Assembly (NCBI RefSeq): GCF_006345805.1
Contig: NW_021828004.1
Coordinates: forward strand, 1-9,320
Length of the DNA: 9,320 bases
Reading direction: 5' to 3'
Source: Octopus sinensis
Lineage: Eukaryota
Shown here: piece by piece, positions 1 to 8,072 of the stretch
Position numbering within the stretch: the stretch's first letter is position 1
Layout of the letters: every line of letters begins with the position of its first letter
Made by a program: the position numbers and the translations under genes
The notes under the pieces: generated by a model
What the model was told of the DNA's origin: nothing
Database searches by the model: none
Seen by the model: the letters and a program-made list of their open reading frames with translations, nothing else

Positions 1-464
1 TAGGTGGACAAAAAAAAAAAAGGAGAATGCATGGACAAGTTCATAGGAAAGTTGAAGATAAGGCAGACAGAGGAAAAAATTGGCTGTGGATGACTAAAAG
101 TGATTTAAAAGCAGAAACGGAGGCTCTAATCTGTGCTGCCCAAGAGTAAGCACTAAGAACAAACTACATAAAATACAGGGTAGTCATCACAGCAGAAAGT
201 GATAAGTGCAGAATCTGTGGACAGAATAGTGAAGCTGTATGGCATATTACCAGTCAGTGTACCCCACTAATCCAGAAACCATATAAGAGCCGCCACGACA
301 ATATAGTCAGGCTTGTCTTTTGGACACTTTGCAACAAGTATGGTCTTGACAAAGAAAACAATTGGTACAAGCACAAACCCCAAGGCATCTTCGAAAATGA
401 TAATGCTAACATCCTGTGGGATTTTGCTTCATTGCGAACATGTGATAGAAAATAGGAAGGCCAG
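1..464 (+). mobile_element. Decayed non-LTR retrotransposon fragment, RLE type (R4/Dong-like): post-RT region, CCHC zinc knuckle and start of the restriction-like endonuclease
   Basis: Manual translation from 27: MHGQVHRKVEDKADRGKNWLWMTKSDLKAETEALICAAQE*ALRTNYIKYRVVITAESDKCRICGQNSEAVWHITSQCTPLIQKPYKSRHDNIVRLVFWTLCNKYGLDKENNWYKHKPQGIFENDNANILWDF. After a frameshift near 426-430 it continues HCEHVIENRK. It carries HGQ, E...AAQ(E/D)QAL, CX2CX8HX4C (207-260), RHD (291-299) and LWDF (414-425), in the order typical of R4-clade ORFs. Premature TAA at 147-149. Similarity ends at the expected RKPD catalytic motif. Probably continues upstream of the window. Confidence 0.9.
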
Positions 465-639
465 CAAGTTGGATGAGAAGAGGGTAAATCGATTACATTA
501 ACCGTAGTGCTCGACTAGTAATCATTTTATCGACGCCGAGAAAAGGAAGAGCAAAGTTGACATCGGAGAATTTGAACACAGAACGTAAAGATGGCCGAAA
601 TGACGTTACGCAATTTGCTCGAGTTTGCCACGTCGCAGC
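457..639 (-). mobile_element. Decayed tRNA-derived SINE (family A), minus strand
   Basis: The reverse complement has a B-box-like GTTCAAATTC (plus 568-577). It shares TTCTGTGTTnAAAT and GTCGATAAAAT(A)GATTACnAGTC with the copy at 6393-6468. Its 3' part resembles 3488-3566. The family resembles an abundant octopod SINE (from memory). Confidence 0.75.
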
Positions 640-794
640 ATTAATGCAGTTTTTAATATCAATTACTACTAATTAACAATTAATAATTATTGGTTGTAGA
701 TGATATTTTCACCCTTGAATCCCTATTGTATCCTTCAGTTAATGCTATTTATGGTGCACCAATACATGTACTATGGATACACAAAATATATCTG

Positions 795-941
795 CACATG
801 CTCACATGCATACACATATACAGAGACACAAGCAAACATACGCACATATATGTATACATGTGCATATAGATATATAGATATACTTATATACATATGCATA
901 TATATGTGTGTATATACATATGTATGGATATATATATATAC
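795..941. repeat. Degenerate (CA)n/(TA)n microsatellite tract
   Basis: Alternating CA/TA/TG dinucleotides, directly visible. Confidence 0.85.
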
Positions 942-943
942 AT

Positions 944-1040
944 TATTTAAAGCAGAAGAAAATTCAACAAAACCTGTTACTCTACCACAGGTATTTGAAT
1001 ACACTTTTTCCACCTTGTTTCACATTTATGTGTTTACTCC

Positions 1041-1042
<2 letters not shown>
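944..1042. repeat. Probable internally deleted interspersed-repeat remnant between TA tracts
   Basis: A ~100-bp complex island between microsatellites, with an imperfect hairpin at 962-1000 (ATTCAA..ACCTGT / ACAGGT..TTGAAT). It resembles a TA-associated octopod repeat from recall only. Confidence 0.4.
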
Positions 1043-1103
<61 letters not shown>

Positions 1104-1129
1104 ATATATATATATATATATATATATAT
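1043..1129. repeat. (TA)n microsatellite, nearly perfect
   Basis: About 43 TA units with one TC interruption at 1101-1102. Confidence 0.98.
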
Positions 1130-1241
1130 GGAGTTTAACGCAGGTATAATTCAAATACTTTTATTCCGTCACATGTTCTAAGATTTCACTAATATTATTC
1201 AAAAGAATAAATGGTGTAAAGGAAAAAAATACTCATCTATT

Positions 1242-1327
1242 TATATATATATATATACACATTCGTACATACATATACATATATATATATTTATAATTGC
1301 ATATATATGTAAATGTAATTATATATA

Positions 1328-1397
<70 letters not shown>

Positions 1398-1399
1398 TA
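1242..1399. repeat. Interrupted (TA)n microsatellite
   Basis: Directly visible TA runs with CA and other interruptions. Confidence 0.9.
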
Positions 1400-1473
1400 T
1401 TGATTGATTGATTGAGTGAGTGAGTGATTGATTGATTGGTTGATTGATTGATTGATTGACTGAATTATTGATT
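1399..1473. repeat. (GATT)n/(GAGT)n compound tetranucleotide microsatellite
   Basis: ATTGATTGATTG...GAGTGAGTGAGT...GATTGATT directly visible. Confidence 0.95.
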
Positions 1474-1480
1474 AACTTAC

Positions 1481-1723
1481 AGGATAGCTACTCATCAGTG
1501 CATCATGTAGGATCCTCGTTATTGTAGTAATCCAATCTTCGTAGACAGGTTGCTGAGACTCCGATTACTCAAAAAGGGAGCACCTCACATCTCCAAGATA
1601 AGATTCATTACAGTCAATATAAGCCCTTCTGAATTTGTACGTAGTAATTTTACAGTTCAGTGGGTCATAGTGTTGCCCTCTCACATTGCTTCTAGTTTCT
1701 TGGAGTCGCTTTTGTTCTCCATT
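1481..1723 (-). other. Tentative exon-like island (243 nt), coding status unclear
   Basis: Minus strand reads ...tatctatctatccacccAG|AATGGA...TATCCT|GTAAGT. Length is 81 codons. The phase-0 frame has one TAA (1565-1567); the other two frames have several stops. No recognisable domain. Confidence 0.25.
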
Positions 1724-1774
1724 CTGGGTGGATAGATAGATAGATATCCATATATATTCTTTCACAAAATTACT

Positions 1775-1956
1775 TGTGTATGTCTATATTTGCAATATAT
1801 ATTCATGTGTGTGCATATGTGTTTGCACGTGTGTTGGTAGATATATTTATATGTGTGTGTATATGTGTTTGTCTGTGTGTATGTGCATGTGTATGTCATT
1901 CAGTGTTTGTGTGTGTACGTTTATATGTGTATGTTTGTATGTATATTTACACGTAT
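1775..1956. repeat. Degenerate (TG)n/(TA)n microsatellite tract
   Basis: Alternating TG/TA dinucleotides. This explains the V/C/Y-rich ORFs at 1774 and 1776. Confidence 0.9.
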
Positions 1957-2509
1957 ACCGAATTATTGATTTCCTGTAGTTTATAGTACCTTCAATTGAC
2001 ATTTCTGTATGATCTCTCTCCCCCTACACACACACACCGGCATAATTACACATATTAACGTGTAATAATCTTGTATTTGTTGGATATGTTTGTGTGTGTG
2101 AGGGTATATATGAATACAAAATATCTGTATTTATGTGTGTGCGTGCTTCCCCGCTGAATAATGTGTACGTTTCATGCTTTCAAAGCTGAAAAACATAAAC
2201 TCTCTTCAAAGCCGTACGTTGTTGGAAGTCATATCACATAACCTGGAATTAAAACATACATCATACCTGACTCCACACTAATTAACTGCTGTGGATAAGT
2301 CATAGTATGTTTCAGCTATCCTCTTACCAGCACAAGATCGCACACACACGTAAAAGATAGATGTACGCGCATATATGTGTTTGTTCTTGTGGCTGATCCA
2401 TAACACTGTGGTATCTCTTAGTAGAGCAATATACGACCTATCGATCCAAATATACAAACCCCTATTGTCCCTTGATAACACTGTGTAACACAATTTTTGT
2501 CCTTGGGTA

Positions 2510-2750
2510 GTAACTGATATTTCCTATTTGCTTACCCTTAGATAATATTTTAAAATCTTATTACTTTCTTCAAACTTTGCTTTCGTAATATTTATTCAAG
2601 CCCCTCAAAATCCCTCTAAACACATTGTCGGATCTGCTGCTCCTTCCCACGGTCCGAGATTGTCATCCACTAACGTACATGCTCAAGGGATTAAGGTCAA
2701 ACAACTTACAAGCAAAACTGTGGTATTGAGCAGAATATTTGCTATAACGA
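2510..2750. repeat. Probable old interspersed repeat (SINE-like) remnant
   Basis: The segment CATGCTCAAGGGATTAAGGTCAAACAACTTACAAGCAAAACTGTGGTATTGAGCAGAATATTTGCT (about 2678-2743) resembles a common octopod dispersed repeat from memory. There is no second copy in the window, so family and boundaries are unverified. Confidence 0.35.
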
Positions 2751-3143
2751 TAATTCTGTTTCAGCAATTCAGCGCTGAATCTGTCGGAAATAGAGAATAG
2801 TAGTTATTTCCTCTGATTTCTGGATAGATGCAAATAGGAAATAGCACTTGCTGAACAAAAACAAAAAAAAAAATATCGTTACACATTGTAATCGAAACTA
2901 TGTAACATGGAGAAACTATACATCAATCTGACAATTTGATTTCGATCCTCGACGTGGATGAAATTACAGCTAATTTACTCCTGAATCAGATTGAATCTTC
3001 TTATATTAAATATTCCCACTACAATCCCAAAACGTATCGTTCTTCTCCATTATACATCTTTTGAACAAATATTTTTGGTTAGTGTTAAATTTCCAACACC
3101 ATCAACAGCACATGCATGATGAGCTTTCTGATAGTGGTAACGG

Positions 3144-3308
3144 ATTTAGCGAACTGGAAATCCTCTCATATTATACTCTATCATCTAAAATTAAAATGAA
3201 CCATTGAACATTGCCGCTCCTAATAAACAAAAGGATGAGATGATCAAAATCTGGAGCATATCTACGCATATCTGTTCGGTTAGTGGTGACGTAAGAATCC
3301 TAAACTAC
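3144..3308 (+). repeat. Possible highly decayed interspersed repeat (related minus-strand fragment at about 4785-4845)
   Basis: Weak similarity of 3144-3186 (ATTTAGCG..AAATCCTCTCATATTATACTCTATCATCT) to the reverse complement of 4785-4825 (AATTAGCGGCCAAATCTCTTTAAGATGAAACCTTACTATCT), plus recalled resemblance to an octopod repeat. Confidence 0.25.
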
Positions 3309-3463
3309 AGTATTATCAAAATCCTGAGCAATGGCTTTAAATTTTCTAAACTTATCCTGTACTTGAAAACGTCTATCTGCTGAAAAATGACATAAACTAG
3401 TAAAAAGGAATTACATTGAACAACATCGTTAACCAAAACTAAAATGAAATGCTGCCCATAATG

Positions 3464-3568
3464 ATATCGGTCTCAAATTTTAGAACAAAACCAGAAATAT
3501 ATGGAGGGTAGGTAAGTCGATTATATCTACCCCAGTGTTCTAGTAGTAGTGATTGTATCGACCCCGAA
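3464..3568 (-). mobile_element. 3' fragment of SINE family A, minus strand
   Basis: GGTAAGTCGATTATATCTACCCCAGTGTTC...TATCGACCCCGA aligns with GGTAAATCGATTACATTAACCGTAGTGCTC...TATCGACGCCGA at 483-539. Confidence 0.7.
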
Positions 3569-4092
3569 CTTTCTAATTTGAGGACACATATCTCCCTCAT
3601 TGCTATTACTCTCGCACTGTTTATGGGTCATTGGTATAACCGATATCTCTAAGAAAATAGCTAAATAGAAACATCCCATTTCCTCAACCCTCTACATCCT
3701 ATGGTAGACCGGTCCATGTATTTTAATTTTGTTGCTCTTTCTACTTCTATGAACACCTAAACTGTTTATTCACTGTAACAAGATAGTCTTTCATCTTATA
3801 AAGTGATTTATCTTCAATTTTGAGCACACGAGGAACTAAATCTCAACAGGTAGACTAAATATGTTTCAGTTTTTTGTTCGAGGCAAAAAAGTTAGTTTTC
3901 AGTAACTACCTTTTGTGCTTCTATTGCTTTCGAATGAGCGTGTGGTATTCATATTCACCTCGAGAGTCACCAATCCAATAGATCTCTAATTTTCTCTGAG
4001 TTAGTCTTTTCGTATTGATCGTATTTTCCTTTCACACAATCAGTGCTGTGGTATTTACACTGAACTGAGAACTTTCCAATTCTATAAATATA

Positions 4093-4290
4093 TTTGCCAA
4101 TAAAATATCAACAGGACCGTCAAGTGCAAAACAAGACTGAATGAATTTCTACAGCATGAGCAACACTGAAATAATAATAAAAAAAAAAACAGTAGTTTCC
4201 ATATGCCCTTAGAGGGCTTCGTAATCTTTAAAAAGAACGTGTTTGCCAATAAAATTCCAACAACCATATTGAGTGCAAAACAATACTGAA
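4093..4290. repeat. 49-bp imperfect direct repeat, two copies (4093-4141, 4242-4290)
   Basis: Ungapped hand alignment gives 38/49 identity, with exact blocks TTTGCCAATAAAAT (14 bp) and AGTGCAAAACAA (12 bp). Offset 149 bp. Confidence 0.85.
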
Positions 4291-5119
4291 AGTAAAAGCA
4301 AAAAATATGTCAATGAATAAATGAAAGGCGTTGAAAACGTTGGAAATATCAATCAATATATTTGTGTGTGTCGTATTCATTAGAACTCAGATATACAAAT
4401 AATTGGCCAAGCCTCTCATATAACACAATCATAAAATTATCGATAAATATGTTGGCGTTTTATCAATAGAATCCTATTACAAATAATGTTGATGTATAAT
4501 GACTGAGTGCAAAATAGAAAGCCTTCTGAACGAGAAGTTAATGAGTTCTGATTTAGAATATATCACCCTCTTGTATCATAGATACAGAGTCTTACAAAAG
4601 GCACTAGTTTCCCCCAGAAATAGGTTTCCGGGCATAACCAAGTAATACCTAAGTAATCGATCCTTTGTAGGAAACTTCAAATTGTATATTATTGGTATTT
4701 TACTTCAGAACGACGATAACTATAACAAAAAATAATTCTAATCATGAACATTCCACTTTTCTCTTGAGCACTTAATTCTTTCCAAGATAGTAAGGTTTCA
4801 TCTTAAAGAGATTTGGCCGCTAATTACATCAGGGCGAGTGATAGTACAACAGTTTAATTGTTGCGGCGTTTTTGTGCAATCAACATGGCACATTACCTGG
4901 CCATAGAGTGCAGGGAACATCTGCTGTTGTGTTACATGATTTATCCATGGGCATAACTCTACCAGAATGTCTCACAATAGCGTTGTGCAATTATGAGGAG
5001 GTAGATCGTCAGTCCGAAAATTTTCTGATCCTCAAAAATTTGTATTTCAACAGCATGATTCTTAAAATATAGTTTAGTTTTCCCTTTAAAAACATTATAT
5101 TACTATATCTTAATATAGG

Positions 5120-5167
5120 CAAAACAATTAAGAATCGTTAGAGAATCAGGAATGCGCCGTGTATTTA
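5120..5167 (+). mobile_element. 5' part of a family A SINE interrupted by the mariner
   Basis: 37/48 identity by hand to 7036-7082. Ends at the left TA target duplication. Confidence 0.75.
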
Positions 5168-5198
5168 TCACATCATCTCATAAAATCGGTCCAATTTT
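5168..5198 (+). repeat. Left terminal inverted repeat of the mariner
   Basis: TCACATCATCTCATAAAATCGGTCC-AATTTT versus the reverse complement of the right end, TCAGGTCATCCCATAAGTTCTGTCCGAATTTT: 25/32 with one gap. Confidence 0.85.
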
Positions 5199-5340
5199 AC
5201 CTTTTTTAAAATTGAATGTAATTTAGTAGTATTTAATGAAATTTAAAATTATTTTTATGCATTTTTTTCATTTAAACTAATTAAATAGTATTTTACAGAA
5301 TAATAGTATTAAAATTTCTTTGATTAAAACCATTTCTAAC

Positions 5341-6301
5341 GTGGAAGTATCAAAAGAGCATTTAAGGCCCATAATGCTTTACGAGTACAAGAAAGGAAAT
5401 TCTGCAGCTGAAGCGACTCGAAACATACACTCAGATTATGGAAACGAATTCTTGAATAAAAGAACTTGCAGAAGATGGTTTGCAAAACTCAGAAGTGGAG
5501 ATTTCAGCCACATCTGAATTGCTGTGTTTTTGTGCAATCCAGTTAAGCTTGATCATAAGCTCCTTGAGTTACTACCTGAAGGAAATCATACGTTATCGCT
5601 TGAAGAATTGACACTAAAGCTTAGTTCAAAACATACAACTGTTCATCGTCATCAACAATAACTTGGACAGGTGACTCATGAATTGCCCGAAAGCAACCGC
5701 AAATCCCGAGTTGACATCTGCTCTTCTCTGCATTCTCGCTAACTCAATTCACCCATTTTGGATAAAATTGTGACTAGTGACGAAAAATGGATATTCTATC
5801 GAAATGTTAAACGTCGTAAACTGTGGCTTGGTTAAAGGGGAAAGTTCAACCAACACGGAGAAGTTTCTTCTCTCTATCTGGTGCGATTGCAAATGAGTAA
5901 ATCACTTCAACAATCAATGCTCAAGTCTACTGTCAGCTATTAGATCATTTGAACCAAGGTTTGAAGAAACATTACCCACTTTAGTAGTGAATCGAAAAGG
6001 AGTGATGTTTTATCAGGACAATGTGCGACCACATAGATTACATCACAGAATATTGAAGAGCTTGTTTGGAAAAAATTCCTCATCCACCTTATTTTCCCGA
6101 TCTTGGTCTCTATCAGACTACCATTTGGTTCGTAGTTTACAGAATCAATTGGGGGACATAACCTTCACAAGCAAAGAGGAAACAGAAATTTCAGAGTTCT
6201 TCGCTTTGAAATGAAAGGAGTTTTACATTAATGGGATTAAAATGCTTGTAAATAGATAGAAGGAAGTCATAGATAATCGGGGAAAGTACATTGATTATTA
6301 A
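5341..6301 (+). pseudogene. Mariner transposase pseudogene (DD34D type)
   Basis: Begins at GTG (probable mutated ATG): VEVSKEHLRPIMLYEYKKGNSAAEATRNI...RTCRRWFAKLRSGDFS (HTH region). Then V-THEL (remnant of WVPHEL), IVTSDEKWIFY (D1 5779-5781), QDNVRPH (D2 6017-6019), PHPPYFPDL..SDYHL (D3 6116-6118) and FYINGIKMLVNR*KEVIDNRGKYIDY* ending at 6301. Many stops, frameshifts and small deletions. D2-D3 is 99 nt apart as it stands, compatible with D34D only after restoring indels. Confidence 0.95.
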
Positions 6302-6343
6302 ATTTCAATTAAATATAACAATTGATCACTCGTTTTTTTTATA

Positions 6344-6375
6344 AAAATTCGGACAGAACTTATGGGATGACCTGA
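6344..6375 (-). repeat. Right terminal inverted repeat of the mariner
   Basis: AAAATTCGGACAGAACTTATGGGATGACCTGA followed by TA; inverted match to 5168-5198. Confidence 0.85.
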
Positions 6376-6377
6376 TA

Positions 6378-6490
6378 GTAAAGGCACGTTATATTCTGTG
6401 TTGAAATACGACTGAGAAAACTCTAGCCTTTCATCTCCTCAAGGTCGATAAAATAGATTACCAGTCAAACTCTGAATCAATAAAATCTGC
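6378..6490 (+). mobile_element. 3' continuation of the family A SINE interrupted by the mariner
   Basis: 6378-6438 matches 7083-7143 at 51/61, ungapped. GTCGATAAAATAGATTACCAGTC matches the reverse complement of about 513-534. Confidence 0.8.
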
Positions 6491-7035
6491 AATAATAGTC
6501 ATTAATATTATCTGCTTGCATTTATGTATTTATATTTATGTATTTATTTATGCGTCAATATATATATATATTTACATATCATATAAATAAGTAACAAGGA
6601 TGTACAGGTGTCAATGCATTGCTGCCGTTCCTAGCGGCTCCATTTAATTGATCAATCGATTTGAAAGAAACTGCTCACTTCACATGCCGATGACCATACA
6701 GATTTCACGGATAATGGACAAACCATTTCAAACAAACTTACTTATATAATAGAAACCAAAATAATTACATTGTTTCCTTATGTTTTATCTGTGGCAGAGT
6801 GAGTTTAGAAAATAATGCATGTCTTATTAAGTCTGTTATAATTAAGAGAGTAGCAGAGGAGAATGGAGGCCATGATAAAGGAGTAGTAGTGTAGTTATTT
6901 ATATTTAGAAGGTATTATGTGCCATGTGGACTTCAAACATTTAGAATGAAATCCACTGACAGTCGCCTATTATATTCTGGCTGATGGTGATAAATCAATT
7001 ATATTACTGTATTACTAAAAATATTTTAAAATTGT

Positions 7036-7200
7036 CAAGACAATTTAGAATCGTCAGAGGGTCATAAAACGCTTTGTATTTAGTAACAGCACGTTACATT
7101 CTGAGCTGTAATACGACTGAGAGTACTCTGGGCTTTCATCTCCCTATTGGGGCTCTGCCGAATGTACCGAACTGGCAAGGTCCCTCGATTCAACTAATTC
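7036..7200 (+). mobile_element. Uninterrupted decayed family A SINE copy
   Basis: Collinear with 5120-5167 joined to 6378-6438. Similarity falls off after about 7143, so the 3' boundary is approximate. Confidence 0.75.
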
Positions 7201-7231
7201 AACTGAACCTTACTTTTATATATTTATAAAA

Positions 7232-7616
7232 GTAAGTAGCTTACTACCCAGCCACATGGTTCCAGGTTCAGTCCCACTGCGTGGCATCTAGGGCAAGTGT
7301 CTTCTGCTATTGCCCTAGGCCGGCCAAAGCCTTGTGAGTGGATTTGCTAGACGGAAACTGAAAGAAGCCTGTCGTATATATGTATGTATATATATATGTT
7401 TGTGTGTATGTGTTTGCGTGTCTGGGTTTGTCCCCTTAGCATTGCTTGACAACCGATACTGATGTGTTTACATCCACGTCACTTAGCGGTTCGGCAAAAG
7501 ACACCGATAGAATAAGTACTGGGCTTACAAAGAATAAGTCCCGGGGTCGATACGATCGACTAAAGGCGTTGCTCCAGCATGGCTGCAGTCAAATGACTGA
7601 AACAAGTAAAGGAGTA
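7232..7616 (+). mobile_element. tRNA-derived SINE (family B, CORE-like), slightly 5'-truncated, with internal TA/TG microsatellite
   Basis: B-box-like GGTTCAGTCCC at 7265-7275, followed by a CORE-like TAGGGCAAGTGTCTT. Internal (TA)/(TG) tract at about 7375-7421. 3' hairpins at 7546-7560 and 7586-7599, then a (TA)n tract. Closely resembles a very abundant octopod SINE from recall; possibly related to the octopus OR/OK SINEs, unverified. Confidence 0.8.
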
Positions 7617-7735
<119 letters not shown>

Positions 7736-8072
7736 TCTGTTGTGTAATGTCGTAAGGCTTTGCGTAATTCTATATACATAATTATTCGTCTGTTGTATTT
7801 TTATATTGTACTGTTTGTTTCTGTAGCTTTTTTCCCAAAAGATTAATAACAGCACTGGCACCTCTAAGGTTGAGTCGTCTCAATAATCATGGTGCGAAAC
7901 CACGATGATATTTTGGTTCATTCAATGACGAGGATAACTCTGCTGCGAATATCCGTGTATCATAACTTTGTCTATATTCCCCGTCAGTTACGTTTCCGAC
8001 TAGTTAACCGTTTGCTCTACTTTTTTTCTTGTAGTCATCTGTCTGTTCAATCCTCCATAAGATATATATATA

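Larger units (their letters stand above)
5168..6375 (+). mobile_element. Mariner (Tc1/mariner superfamily) DNA transposon, full span, non-functional
   Basis: 1208 bp bounded by imperfect TIRs and flanked by TA at 5166-5167 and 6376-6377. Contains a decayed transposase. Confidence 0.95.

Noticed and set aside
313-501. ORF 313-501 as a gene
   Set aside because: Mostly an off-frame reading of the LINE relic. Only HCEHVIENRK belongs to the LINE frame, after the frameshift.
700-1149. ORFs 700-1149, 771-1013 and 908-1138
   Set aside because: YI/CV-rich translations of dinucleotide microsatellites, which lack stop codons by construction.
1774-1986. ORFs 1774-1986 and 1776-1979
   Set aside because: Artefacts of the (TG)n/(TA)n tract.
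2400-2485. Repeated 11-mer ATAACACTGTG (2400, 2475) and ORF 2278-2493
   Set aside because: The match does not extend, and the ORF has no recognisable features.
2757-2857. 14-bp palindrome ATTCAGCGCTGAAT (2767-2780) and short inverted repeats nearby
   Set aside because: About one palindrome of this size is expected by chance in 9 kb. The other stems are only 7-8 bp.
4111-4131. Minus-strand TTTTGCACTTGACGGTCCTGT resembling miR-92 family mature sequence
   Set aside because: The seed differs and I could find no complementary arm to form a pre-miRNA hairpin.
5320-6214. ORFs 5320-5517 and 5987-6214 as functional or domesticated (SETMAR-like) genes
   Set aside because: They are fragments of one transposase with many stops, frameshifts and deletions. 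No SET domain or sign of preservation.
6742-6788. Minus-strand 47-nt segment between CCACAG and GTAAGT
   Set aside because: Stops in all three frames and no independent support; such splice-like words are common.
6911-6937. Inverted similarity (ATGTGCCATGT) to about 4883-4893
   Set aside because: An 11-mer match with weak extension, within chance expectation for this window size.
7255-7285. tRNA gene
   Set aside because: Only a B-box-like motif in a SINE head; no cloverleaf, and the A-box region is truncated.
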